The notes under the pieces: model-generated | The model's input: only the letters and a program-made list of their open reading frames with translations | Databases searched by the model: none | Told to the model about the DNA's origin: nothing | Translations under genes and position numbers: made by a program | Part shown: piece by piece, positions 1 through 11,943 of the stretch | Numbering within the stretch: the stretch's first letter is position 1 | How the letters are laid out: each line of letters opens with the position of its first letter | Source of the DNA: an uncultured Alphaproteobacteria bacterium | GTDB taxonomy: Bacteria; Pseudomonadota; Alphaproteobacteria; Rhizobiales; Methyloligellaceae | Length of the DNA stretch: 64,000 nt | Direction of reading: 5' to 3' | Assembly: GCA_963776235.1 (NCBI GenBank) | Contig: CAVZLT010000038.1 | Location: 19,818-83,817, forward strand

Positions 1-21
1 CCGGCTTTCGCCGGTATGACG
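1..21. repeat. Right arm of a CGTC-type REP-like palindrome, cut by the window edge
   Basis: ccggctttcgccggtatgacg is the exact reverse complement of 52335..52355. Confidence 0.75.
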
Positions 22-67
22 AGCAAGCTCGCCAGCCAATACCAAGCCTACAAAGCGGGGATTCGCC

Positions 68-1004
68 ATGCCTGATATGCAAATTCACGTCGCGGTGTTG
101 ATGGGAGGCCTGTCCTCGGAACGCGAGGTCTCGCTCCGCTCCGGCGCCGCCTGCGCCACGGCACTCGAAGGCCAGGGCTATCGCGTGAGCAGGCTCGATG
201 TCGGCCGCGATATCGCCGCGCGGCTTGCCGAACTCCGGCCCGATGTCTGCTTCAACGCTCTGCACGGCCGCTATGGCGAGGATGGCTGCATCCAGGGCGT
301 GCTGGAGACGCTTGCCATCCCTTACACCCATTCCGGCGTGCTCGCCTCTGCGCTTGCCATGCATAAGGAGCGGGCCAAGGCCGTGCTCGCCGCCGCCGGC
401 GTCCCCGTGGCCGAAAGCCGCGTGATCTCCCGCGCCGAGGCGGCCACGCGCCCATGCCATGCCGCCGCCTTACGTGATCAAGCCGCCGACCGAAGGCTCG
501 AGCGTCGGCGTCTATATCGTGCGCGAGGACCAGGCGCATCCGCCCCAGGAGCTGACGAGCGCCGAATGGACGCTCGGCGAGGAGGTCATGGTCGAGCGCT
601 ATATCGCCGGCCGGGAGCTCACCTGCGCCGTGATGGGCGACGAGGCGCTGGGGGTGATCGAAATCCGTCCCGCCGAGGGTCTCGCCTTTTACGATTACGA
701 CGCGAAATACGCGCCGGGAGGCTCAATTCACGTGCTCCCGGCGCCGCTTAAACCAAATGTTTACCAATTGGTACAGAAGCTGTCCTTGGCGGCTCATAGG
801 GCACTGGGCTGCCGTGGGGTCAGTCGCTCCGACTTTCGCTTCGACGACCGGCCAGAAGGCACGGGGGAAATGATCTGCCTTGAGGTCAATACCCAGCCAG
901 GCATGACGTCGACGTCGCTTGTGCCCGAGCTTGCTGCCTATAGCGGCCGCTCGTTCGGCGAGCTGGTCCGCTGGATCGTGGAGGATGCGTCGTGCAACCG
1001 GTGA
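68..1004 (+). CDS. ddl: D-alanine--D-alanine ligase (apparent frameshift at ~450)
   Basis: [11 protein letters not shown] and [11 protein letters not shown] in ORF 68..751; EGSSVG, YDYDAKY and [10 protein letters not shown] in ORF 459..1004; removing one C of the run at 450-453 joins them. Confidence 0.93.
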
Positions 1005-1984
1005 GGGGAAGGGCGAGGAGCAGGGGCTCGCAAGAGTTCCTCCTGGCGCGCGGCATCGCCGTCCAGCGCAGAGGGGGAAACCGCCTGCCCGTGCTGTCAG
1101 CCCCGCGCCGCCTCATCACGCGCAGCCCAACCTCGATCCGTCTCGCGCGGCTTGGCCAGGACCGCGTGCGCGGCAAATGGCTCGTGCTCTGCGTGCTGTT
1201 TCTCGGTAGCGCCGTCGTCTATGGCGCCATCGTCGGCGGACAGACCGCCAAAATCTACGACGCACTGACCGGCGGCATCGAGCACCTCGCCATCGTCTCC
1301 GGTTTCGGCGCGAAGCGGATTACCGTCGCCGGCCAGCTGCACGCGACCGACGCATCGATCACCGCGGCGCTCGGCGCCGGCCCCGACACGATGATGCTCA
1401 ATTTCGATACCGACGCCGCCAAGGCGCGCCTCGAAGCCGTTCCCTGGATCAGACACGCGCAAGTCATGCGGCTGCTGCCCTCGACCCTCCAGGTCGTCGT
1501 CGAGGAGCGGACGCCGTTCGCCGTTTGGCAGAACAAGGGTCAGACTTACGTGGTCGACGCCGAGGGCGTGGTTCTCGCCCCGGCCCTGCGCGAAGCCTAT
1601 GCGAGCTTGCCTCTGGTCGTGGGCGAGGGCGCGGCGAAGTCCGCCGCCGAATTGTACGAACAATTGGCCCCCTATAACGATCTCAAGCAGAAGCTCATCG
1701 CCGCCATCAGGGTCGGCGACCGGCGTTGGACGCTGCAGCTCGCCTCGGGGCTCGACATCATGCTTCCCGACGACAATGTCGGCGAGGCGCTTAGCTCGCT
1801 CGCCAAGCTCGATGAAGACCGGGGGCTGCTCAAGCGGGACATCGCCGCTGTCGATCTCCGGCTGCTTGACCGGGTGACCGTACGCCTGCGCGACGGAGCG
1901 TCGGCGACCACGCCCGGCGGGACGCCGCAAACAGAGATACCGACGGCGAGCACCAAGGCTGCACCGGTCGAAGGCAAGACGTGA
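992..1984 (+). CDS. ftsQ: Cell division protein FtsQ
   Basis: Single TM, POTRA-like region, RVGDRRW and AVDLRLLDR motifs; lies between ddl and ftsA. Confidence 0.9.
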   Translation: MQPVRGRARSRGSQEFLLARGIAVQRRGGNRLPVLSAPRRLITRSPTSIRLARLGQDRVRGKWLVLCVLFLGSAVVYGAIVGGQTAKIYDALTGGIEHLAIVSGFGAKRITVAGQLHATDASITAALGAGPDTMMLNFDTDAAKARLEAVPWIRHAQVMRLLPSTLQVVVEERTPFAVWQNKGQTYVVDAEGVVLAPALREAYASLPLVVGEGAAKSAAELYEQLAPYNDLKQKLIAAIRVGDRRWTLQLASGLDIMLPDDNVGEALSSLAKLDEDRGLLKRDIAAVDLRLLDRVTVRLRDGASATTPGGTPQTEIPTASTKAAPVEGKT

Positions 1985-2009
1985 GTACACGGGGATTGAG
2001 GGCAGGGGG

Positions 2010-3305
2010 ATGGGTTACACGACCACAATAAGAAGCAAGCGCCAGCGCATCGTGTGTGCGCTCGACGTCGGCACCAGCAAGGTCTGCTGCCTGATTGCCA
2101 AGACCTCCCCCGTGCCGGATTGGTTCGAGGGCAAGGGCGATGCCATGCAGTTCGAGGTGCTCGGCTTCGACCATACCCGCGCCGAAGGTCTGAAAGCGGG
2201 CATGATCGCCCATCTCGACAGCGCCGAAGCCTGCATCCGCTCGGCCGTCGATGCCGCCGAGCGCATGGCCGGCGTCACCGTCGAGGACGTGCATGTCTCC
2301 GTCACCTGCGGACGGCTGAAAAGCGAAACCTTCTCGGCCAGCGTGGCGCTGCCCTCGGGCGCCGTGCGCGAAGATGACGTGATGCGTCTGCTTGCCGGTG
2401 GGCGCCAATATGCCGGCCGCGACAAGCGAAGCGTGCTGCACGCACTGCCGCTCAGCTATCGCATCGACGAGAATGGCGGCATCAACGAGCCGCATGGCAT
2501 GTGCGGCGAGCGGCTTGCCGTCGACCTCCACGCCGTCACCGCCGACGAGGTGGCGATGCGCAATGTGATGCTTTGCGTCGAGCGCTGTCATCTCGCTGTG
2601 GCGAGCCTGGTGGCTGCGCCCTGCGCCAGCGCCCTCTCGGTCGTCACGCCCGACGAGGCGAAGCTCGGCGTGGCCTGTATCGATTTCGGCGCCGGCACCA
2701 CCACGCTCTCGGTGTTCGTCGATGGCCACTTCATCCATGCCGACGCCATCGCCCTTGGCGGCAACGGCATCACGACCGACATCGCCCGCACCCTCTCCGC
2801 GCCGCTCGATTACGCCGAACGGCTCAAGACCCTGCACGGCAGCGCCTTCGCCACGCTGTCGGATGAGCGCGAGATCATCACCTATCCCGCCGTCACCGGC
2901 ATGCCGCAGCCGAGCTTGAACCAGATCACCAAGGCGCAGCTCGCCGTCGTCATCCGTCCGCGCATCGAGGAAATTCTAGACCTGATGCGCCGGCGGCTTG
3001 CTTCGGCTGGGCTCGCCGCCGAGGTCACCCAGCACCTCGTGCTGACCGGTGGCGGCAGCCAGCTCACCGGCCTGCCCGAGCTTGCCGCCAACATGTTCGG
3101 CAGGCCCGTGCGGCTTGGCCGTCCGCGCTCGATGAGCGGCCTTCCAGCCGTGGCGAGTGCGCCGGATTTCTCCGCTGCGATAGGCCTGTTGCTGCATTGG
3201 GGTCGCGGCGACGACAGGCTGTCCGGTCGGAGCGAGCAGCGCTTCTTGCGCACCGGCACCGGCTATTTCGCCAAGGTCGGCGACTGGATACGGGACAATT
3301 TTTGA
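2010..3305 (+). CDS. ftsA: Cell division protein FtsA
   Basis: LDVGTSKVCC, IDFGAGTT, VLTGGGSQL; amphipathic C-terminus GDWIRDNF. Confidence 0.97.
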   Translation: MGYTTTIRSKRQRIVCALDVGTSKVCCLIAKTSPVPDWFEGKGDAMQFEVLGFDHTRAEGLKAGMIAHLDSAEACIRSAVDAAERMAGVTVEDVHVSVTCGRLKSETFSASVALPSGAVREDDVMRLLAGGRQYAGRDKRSVLHALPLSYRIDENGGINEPHGMCGERLAVDLHAVTADEVAMRNVMLCVERCHLAVASLVAAPCASALSVVTPDEAKLGVACIDFGAGTTTLSVFVDGHFIHADAIALGGNGITTDIARTLSAPLDYAERLKTLHGSAFATLSDEREIITYPAVTGMPQPSLNQITKAQLAVVIRPRIEEILDLMRRRLASAGLAAEVTQHLVLTGGGSQLTGLPELAANMFGRPVRLGRPRSMSGLPAVASAPDFSAAIGLLLHWGRGDDRLSGRSEQRFLRTGTGYFAKVGDWIRDNF

Positions 3306-3387
3306 TTAGAGAGGGCTCGATGGGCGCGTCGCGGGGAAGCGCCGGAAGCGAGCCGGAATAGAGACGATGAAGGAACGGAACAGCGCC

Positions 3388-5136
3388 ATGACCATAAACC
3401 TCAGAGTTCCTGATCTGACCGAACTCAAGCCGCGCATCACCGTATTCGGTGTCGGCGGGGCCGGCGGCAATGCCGTCAACAACATGATCGAACGCGGTCT
3501 GAAGGGCGTCGAGTTCGTCGTCGCCAATACCGACGCGCAAGCCTTGGCGAGCTCGTCCGCCGAGCGCCGCATTCAGATGGGAGCCAACGTCACCGAGGGA
3601 CTTGGCGCAGGCTCCAAGCCCGAGGTGGGCGCTGCCGCCGCCGAGGAGGCGATGGCCGACATCAAGGCTCATCTCGTCGGCTGCCACATGGTGTTTATCA
3701 CCGCCGGCATGGGCGGCGGCACGGGAACGGGGGCAGCCCCGGTGATCGCGCGCGCCTCCCGTGAGGAAGGCATCCTCACCGTTGGCGTCGTCACCAAGCC
3801 GTTTCAGTTCGAGGGCTCGCGCCGGCTTCGCGCCGCCGAGGCCGGCATCGACGCGCTGCAGAAATTCGTCGATACGCTGCTCATCATCCCCAACCAGAAC
3901 CTGTTCCGCGTCGCCAACGAGAAGACCACCTTTACCGACGCCTTTGCCATGGCTGACGACGTTCTGCGCTCGGGTGTCGCCTGCATCACCGATCTCATGG
4001 TCAAAGAGGGCCTGATCAATCTCGACTTCGCCGATGTCCGCACCATCATGGCCGGCATGGGCAAGGCGATGATGGGCACCGGCGAATCGAGCGGCGAGCG
4101 CCGGGCCATCGAAGCGGCCGAGGCGGCCATCGCCAATCCGCTGCTCGACGATGTCTGCATGAAGGGGGCGAGCGGTCTGCTGGTGTCGATCACCGGCGGC
4201 AACGATCTCACTCTCTACGAGGTCGACGAGGCGGCGAGCCGGGTCAGGGCCGAGGCCGACCCCGACGCCAACATCATCGTCGGCGCGACGTTCGACGACG
4301 AACTCGACGGCTCGATCCGCGTCTCCGTGGTGGCGACCGGCATTGGCCTGGCCGCATCCCGGGCGGCGGCGGTTATTGAGGCGCCGCGGGCCGCCGCGAC
4401 GCAGGACCGGTCGCGACTCACAGAGCGCCTTGCCGGACTTGCCGCGCTTCCCTCTGGTGGCCCTGTCGATCTCGACGAGCCGAGCCTCGTGCTGGCCCCG
4501 AGCGAGGTCGTCAGGGACGCTCCGGTGTGGCGCGCCCCCGGCAATGTGACGATCGAGAAGCGCCCGGCGCAGATGGGCGGAATTGGTTTGCCGCTGGGCA
4601 ACGCCCAGAAGCAGGCGCCGGCGGCGCCGGCGCGGCCCTTCCAGCCCGCGCCTCCGGCTGCCGTGCGGCGCCCCGTGCGACGCATGCCGAGTGTCGATGA
4701 GCTTCCCGTCGTGGCGCAAAACGCGATCAAGGCGAAAGCCGCGGGAGATGCGCCGGCGATCGGTCTTGCGGCGCAAAAGAAAAAAGTCGGCTTCCTGGAG
4801 CGGCTCGCCAATGTCGGCAAATCCCGCAAGGAGACCGACGCTGAGATGCCGACCAAGCGCGAGCCGGAATTTGGTCAGTGCTACGGCAGTCTCGCTCCCG
4901 AGGCGCCCAGAATGCAGGCCCCAAGGCTCGAGCCAAGGGTCGACGCCCAGGCCCCATTCGGACAAAAAGGCATCAGAATCGAGCGGCCGCGCGGCGAAGC
5001 CGTGGCCGCGCCCGCGCCAAAGCGAATTGAGGCGCCGGCGCGACCTTTGGCGGTCGAAATTGCGGAACCCGTGGCCGAATCACAGATCGAGGATGATTTG
5101 GAGATTCCCGCATTTCTGCGCCGCCGGGCCAACTAG
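3388..5136 (+). CDS. ftsZ: Cell division protein FtsZ with long C-terminal linker
   Basis: [24 protein letters not shown]; C-terminal LEIPAFLRR; start could be 3367. Confidence 0.98.
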   Translation: MTINLRVPDLTELKPRITVFGVGGAGGNAVNNMIERGLKGVEFVVANTDAQALASSSAERRIQMGANVTEGLGAGSKPEVGAAAAEEAMADIKAHLVGCHMVFITAGMGGGTGTGAAPVIARASREEGILTVGVVTKPFQFEGSRRLRAAEAGIDALQKFVDTLLIIPNQNLFRVANEKTTFTDAFAMADDVLRSGVACITDLMVKEGLINLDFADVRTIMAGMGKAMMGTGESSGERRAIEAAEAAIANPLLDDVCMKGASGLLVSITGGNDLTLYEVDEAASRVRAEADPDANIIVGATFDDELDGSIRVSVVATGIGLAASRAAAVIEAPRAAATQDRSRLTERLAGLAALPSGGPVDLDEPSLVLAPSEVVRDAPVWRAPGNVTIEKRPAQMGGIGLPLGNAQKQAPAAPARPFQPAPPAAVRRPVRRMPSVDELPVVAQNAIKAKAAGDAPAIGLAAQKKKVGFLERLANVGKSRKETDAEMPTKREPEFGQCYGSLAPEAPRMQAPRLEPRVDAQAPFGQKGIRIERPRGEAVAAPAPKRIEAPARPLAVEIAEPVAESQIEDDLEIPAFLRRRAN

Positions 5137-5443
5137 CACCTGGCCGATATGCTTAACGAGGACATTTGTCAGACCACCGACGAAGCCAAAAAATGTGTTA
5201 TAACTCAGAGCGTTAGACGGCGGATCGGCCGGTAATACAGTGAAAGAAACCGTGATTTGTCGCCCCCAAGTCCGAGCGTTAAGCTTCTTGATAGATTGAT
5301 TGGCAGGACCAAAAAGGCACAAGCCAAGGGCCGACACAGGCCCGGTTTAAAGTGCCAGGGAGCGCCGATCAATGGGGGGCTCGGGGTTCTCTCCTCGAGC
5401 TAAGTAGGGAACTCAAAATACGGCGCGGGGGCCGACGGGGGCC

Positions 5444-6394
5444 ATGAAGGGTTTCATAGGGGCACGCCAGACCACGCTTGCCAGCGAGATTTCACTGACC
5501 GGGACGGGGGTCCATAGCGGAGCGCCAGTTTCGATCACTCTCTGTCCGGCTGACGGCGATGCTGGAATACGCTTCCTTCTTTCCAATGGCGATGCTGACG
5601 GCACCGAGATCGCGGCCGATCCGCGGTCGGTGACGGGCGTAACGCTGTGCACCGTGCTCGGCGACGGCAATGGCGCTTCCATCGCCACCGTCGAGCATCT
5701 GCTGGCGGCGCTGAGCGGGCTTGGCGTCGACAACGCCCTGATCGAGATCGACAGCTCCGAAGTGCCGATCATGGACGGCAGCGCGTCCCGGTTCGTCGAG
5801 GCGATTGACGAGGCGGGCCTGGCCGAGCTCGAGACGCCGCGCCGCTTCCTCAAAGTGCTGAAGCGGATCGCCGTGGAAGATGCCGGCGCCTTTGGCGAAC
5901 TCACCCCCAACAACGGTTTCCATATCGACGTCGAGATCGATTTCGACTCGCCGCTGATCGGCTCGCAGAGGATCGAGATCGACGTCAATCCTGGCTCTTT
6001 CCGCCGCGAGCTTTCTCGCGCCCGCACCTTCGGCTTCATGAAGGATGTGGAGCGGCTCTGGGCCGCGGGTCTCGCCCTTGGCGCTTCGCTTGAGAACACT
6101 GTCGCCATCGGCGACGATCGCGTCATCAATCGCGAGGGGCTTCGCTTCACCGACGAGTTCGTGCGCCACAAGGCGCTCGACGCGGTCGGCGATCTGGCTC
6201 TCGCCGGCGCGCCCATCCTCGGCTCCTTCCGCTCGTATCGCGGCGGCCATCGGCTGAACGCGCTGGTGCTGAAGGCCCTGTTTGCCGATCCCGATGCTTG
6301 GACCATGATCGAGGCTCCGCGTTACCGCGAGATCCGTCATGCCGAGCTCAGCCACCGCCTTGCGGCCGCGAATTTCGCCGCCGAGCGGAGCTAA
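5444..6394 (+). CDS. lpxC: UDP-3-O-acyl-GlcNAc deacetylase
   Basis: GTGVHSG, TVEHLLAAL, EVPIMDGS, HKALDAVGDL. Confidence 0.97.
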   Translation: MKGFIGARQTTLASEISLTGTGVHSGAPVSITLCPADGDAGIRFLLSNGDADGTEIAADPRSVTGVTLCTVLGDGNGASIATVEHLLAALSGLGVDNALIEIDSSEVPIMDGSASRFVEAIDEAGLAELETPRRFLKVLKRIAVEDAGAFGELTPNNGFHIDVEIDFDSPLIGSQRIEIDVNPGSFRRELSRARTFGFMKDVERLWAAGLALGASLENTVAIGDDRVINREGLRFTDEFVRHKALDAVGDLALAGAPILGSFRSYRGGHRLNALVLKALFADPDAWTMIEAPRYREIRHAELSHRLAAANFAAERS

Positions 6395-6615
6395 CGGGAA
6401 GCCGCACTCGCTGCTCTAGCCTCGATTTGCGCTGTCGCTGCGTTTTGGCGCCGCACTGTCGCGCGGCCTGAGCTCTGCGGCTTAGGTCAGGGAAAAGGGC
6501 AAAAAAACACCATAATCAGCGCGTTGGTTGCTTGTTGCCGCGCCAGCCTTGGCAAGCGCGCGGCGGCTTGCGAAATTGGCGCTCTGGCGCGAGGGGACCG
6601 TCTTTGAGGGGGAGC

Positions 6616-7488
6616 ATGTCAGCGCTGGAGAAGCCATTTGGAGCGCCCGGCCTCCGGCTGGCGGCTTTGAGCATCCTTGGCCCCATCCTTGTCGCCGGAC
6701 TGCTCGGCGGCTGCGGCTCGCTCTTGAACGGCGACAAGAACGTTGTCGAGGATCCCAACGAGCCGCCGGAGGTCATCTACAAGAAGGCCGAAACGCTGGC
6801 CGACAAGGGCAAATTCGGCGACGCGGCGAAGCAATACGAAAACGTCGACATCAATCATCCCTATTCGCAGGAGGCGCGCCGCGCCATCCTCATGGCGGCT
6901 TTCGCCTATTACAAAGCCGGCAAATTCGATGACGCGATCGGCGCCGCGGATCGCTACCTCACGCTCCATCCCGGAACCCCGGAGGCGGACCTCGCCCAGG
7001 ACATCATCGCCATGTCCTATTACGACCGTGTACTCGACCCGAGGCGCGATCAGACCAATGCGCGCAAGGCGCTTGAGGCCTACGAGACGCTTATTCAGCG
7101 CTATCCCGAGTCGCGCTACGCCGCCGAGGCGCGCAACCGGACGCGCATCATGCGCGATCTCCTCGCGGCACAGGAGATGATGGTCGGCCGCTATTATCTC
7201 CGTCACAACAACTTCCTAGCCGCCATCAACCGCTTCCGCACCGTCGTCACCGACTACCAAACCACCGAGCAGGTGGAAGAGGCCTTGATGCGTTTGACCG
7301 AGGCCTATATGGCGTTAGGCATCGTCAACGAGGCCCAAACGGCAGCTGCCGTGCTTGGCCACAACTTTCCGGACAGCAAGTGGTACAGCCACGCTTACGC
7401 GCTCCTGGGAAATGTCGGCCTCCAGCCGCAACAGCACGAAGGCTCTTGGATCACCCAGACCTGGAAGGGCAACGGCAACCCCGCCTAA
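6616..7488 (+). CDS. bamD: Outer membrane assembly lipoprotein BamD
   Basis: Lipobox LGGC, TPR-like helices, RDQ, VGRYY and AAINRF; lpxC-bamD-recN synteny; GGAG before ATG 6616. Confidence 0.92.
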   Translation: MSALEKPFGAPGLRLAALSILGPILVAGLLGGCGSLLNGDKNVVEDPNEPPEVIYKKAETLADKGKFGDAAKQYENVDINHPYSQEARRAILMAAFAYYKAGKFDDAIGAADRYLTLHPGTPEADLAQDIIAMSYYDRVLDPRRDQTNARKALEAYETLIQRYPESRYAAEARNRTRIMRDLLAAQEMMVGRYYLRHNNFLAAINRFRTVVTDYQTTEQVEEALMRLTEAYMALGIVNEAQTAAAVLGHNFPDSKWYSHAYALLGNVGLQPQQHEGSWITQTWKGNGNPA

Positions 7489-7501
7489 CCCGCTTCGCGC
7501 C

Positions 7502-9181
7502 ATGCTAGCCGCCCTGTCGATCCGCGACATCGTCCTGATCGACAAGCTCGATCTCGAATTCGGCCAAGGCCTGTCGGCGCTCACCGGGGAGACCGGCGCC
7601 GGCAAATCGATCCTGCTCGATGCCTTCTCGCTCGCCATCGGCGGCAGAGGCGATGCCTCGCTCGTGCGCCAGGGCCAAGCCCAAGGCCAGGTCACGGCGA
7701 TTTTCGAGCTGCCCAAGAGCCATCCCGTATTTGCGCTGCTGGCCGAGAACGGCATCGAGGCCGAGGAGGGGCTGATCTTGCGCCGCGTGCAGGGGGCCGA
7801 TGGCAGGAGCCGGGCCTTCATCAACGACATCGGCGTGAGCGTCCAGCTTTTGCGCCTTGTCGGGCAGGCTCTGGTCGAGATCCACGGCCAGCATGACGAC
7901 CGGGCGCTGATCGACCCGTCGGGCCATCGCGAGCTGGTGGACGCCTTTGGCGGGTTGAGCGGCGAGGCGGCGCGCGTCGCTGTTGCCTATGCCGCGTGGC
8001 AGCAGGCCGACGCCGAGCGGGCGCGCCATGAGGCCGAGATCGCCGCCACCCGCGCCAACGCCGACTATGTGAGCCATGCGCTGGATGAGCTCCGCAGCCT
8101 CGATCCGCAAGCCGGCGAAGAGGAAAGTCTGGCCGAGCGCCGGCAATTGATGATGCATGCCGAGAAGCTTGCCGGCGAGCTTGGCGAGGCGCTCGATGCG
8201 CTCGCCGGGGAGGGTACCAGCGGCGCGCGGCTCGCCGCGGCGCTGCGCCGGATCGAGCGCCAGGCCTCGGTCGCACCGCACCTGCTCACCCCCGTCGCCG
8301 AGGCGCTTGAGCGCGTGCTGACCGAGACCGACACGGCGCGCGCCAAGATCGAGGAGGCGATCGCGCTCAGCGCCTTCGAGCCGAAGGACCTTGAGCGCGC
8401 CGAGGAGCGGCTGTTCGCCTTGCGCGCGCTCGCCCGCAAGCACCGGGTCGCGGTGGACGACTTGCCCTCGCTGCTGGACCGGCTCGAGGCTGAGCTGGCC
8501 GCGCTCGACACCAGCGAGGCTCGGGCCGGGGAGTTGGCCAAGCAAGCGGCGGCGGCGCGCAAGGACTACGAGGCTCAAGCCGTCGCCCTGAGCAAGGCGA
8601 GGCGGCAGGCAGCCAAGCGCCTGGACGCCGAAGTCATGGGCGAACTCAGCCCCCTCAAGCTGGAAAGAGCGGGCTTCATCACCAATATAGAGACCGTCGA
8701 GCCTGCCGAAGGCGGGCCGAGCGGCATCGATCGTATCGCCTTCTTCGTGCGGACCAATCCCGGCACCGAAGCCGGACCGATGATGAAGGTCGCCTCGGGC
8801 GGCGAGCTGGCAAGGTTCATCCTGGCGCTGAAAGTCGTGCTTGCCGCGCGGGGCTCGGCACCCACGCTCGTGTTCGACGAGGTCGATTTAGGCGTGGGCG
8901 GCGCCACGGCCGCTGCCGTCGGCGAGCGCTTGGTGCGGCTTGCCTCGCGCGTGCAGGTGCTGGCCGTGACGCATGCTCCGCAGGTGGCCGCCGTGGCGCA
9001 TGGTCATCTGCTGATCGCCAAGGAGGCGGTGCTTGCGTCCCAAGGCGAGGCCATGGTGACGCGGGTCGCGGTGCTCGAAGGCGAGCATCGGCGCGAGGAG
9101 ATCGCCCGCATGCTTGCCGGCCAGACCATCACCGACGAGGCTCGGCGCGCCGCCGAGCGGCTGATGAGCCGCTCCGCATGA
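7502..9181 (+). CDS. recN: DNA repair protein RecN
   Basis: TGETGAGKS, EIHGQHD, ASGGELAR, FDEVD, VTHAPQVA. Confidence 0.96.
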   Translation: MLAALSIRDIVLIDKLDLEFGQGLSALTGETGAGKSILLDAFSLAIGGRGDASLVRQGQAQGQVTAIFELPKSHPVFALLAENGIEAEEGLILRRVQGADGRSRAFINDIGVSVQLLRLVGQALVEIHGQHDDRALIDPSGHRELVDAFGGLSGEAARVAVAYAAWQQADAERARHEAEIAATRANADYVSHALDELRSLDPQAGEEESLAERRQLMMHAEKLAGELGEALDALAGEGTSGARLAAALRRIERQASVAPHLLTPVAEALERVLTETDTARAKIEEAIALSAFEPKDLERAEERLFALRALARKHRVAVDDLPSLLDRLEAELAALDTSEARAGELAKQAAAARKDYEAQAVALSKARRQAAKRLDAEVMGELSPLKLERAGFITNIETVEPAEGGPSGIDRIAFFVRTNPGTEAGPMMKVASGGELARFILALKVVLAARGSAPTLVFDEVDLGVGGATAAAVGERLVRLASRVQVLAVTHAPQVAAVAHGHLLIAKEAVLASQGEAMVTRVAVLEGEHRREEIARMLAGQTITDEARRAAERLMSRSA

Positions 9182-9190
9182 TTTGAGACG

Positions 9191-11339
<2,149 letters not shown>

Positions 11340-11342
11340 GCC

Positions 11343-11597
11343 TCACCCGTATTTCAGCTTCATGGCGATGATGGCGAGCGCGAGCATCAGCGTGATGGCG
11401 TTGGAGACCATGATCGGCCAATTGCCGATCATGGCGCCGAACAAGAGCCACAGCGCGACACCCGTGGCGAAGGAAACGTACATGAACAGCGAGATCGCCC
11501 GCGTTTCCTTGTGGCGGATGATGTGCATTGCCTGCGGCACGAACGCCGCCGTGGTGAGCGTCGCCGCCACGGCCGAGACCAGGATTTCGATCGACAT
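11343..11597 (-). CDS. SemiSWEET/PQ-loop family transporter
   Basis: 84 aa, three TMs, LTTAAFVPQ, ISLFMY, WPIMVSN. Confidence 0.85.
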   Translation of the reverse strand: MSIEILVSAVAATLTTAAFVPQAMHIIRHKETRAISLFMYVSFATGVALWLLFGAMIGNWPIMVSNAITLMLALAIIAMKLKYG

Positions 11598-11606
11598 GGC
11601 AGTCGT

Positions 11607-11912
11607 CTAGCGGCTCTCCGGCGGAATGTCGCGTACCATCTTGGCGAAGCGAGCCACCTCTTCGCGGTCATAGGAAAGATGCACGCGCTTCGTCGAGGCG
11701 GGGCGTTTGGCAAGGCTCAAGCCGGGGCGCCACTCGGTGGCCGGCCGGATGGGGCGGGGGACGAAGCCGCCGCCGCAATTCGGGCAGACATTGAACAGCA
11801 CGCTATCCACGCACTCGGCGCAGAAGGTGCATTCATAGGAACAGATCCGCGCGTCGGCCGCGTCAGGCGGAAGGTCCTTGTCGCAATATTCGCAGTTCGG
11901 CCTGAGCAGCAT
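11607..11912 (-). CDS. DUF1272 family Cys-rich protein
   Basis: LRPNCEYCDKDLPP, ICSYECTFC, CPNCGGGF. Confidence 0.88.
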   Translation of the reverse strand: MLLRPNCEYCDKDLPPDAADARICSYECTFCAECVDSVLFNVCPNCGGGFVPRPIRPATEWRPGLSLAKRPASTKRVHLSYDREEVARFAKMVRDIPPESR

Positions 11913-11943
11913 CTCCGTCCCTCGCGATGACCGCGACCATGCT

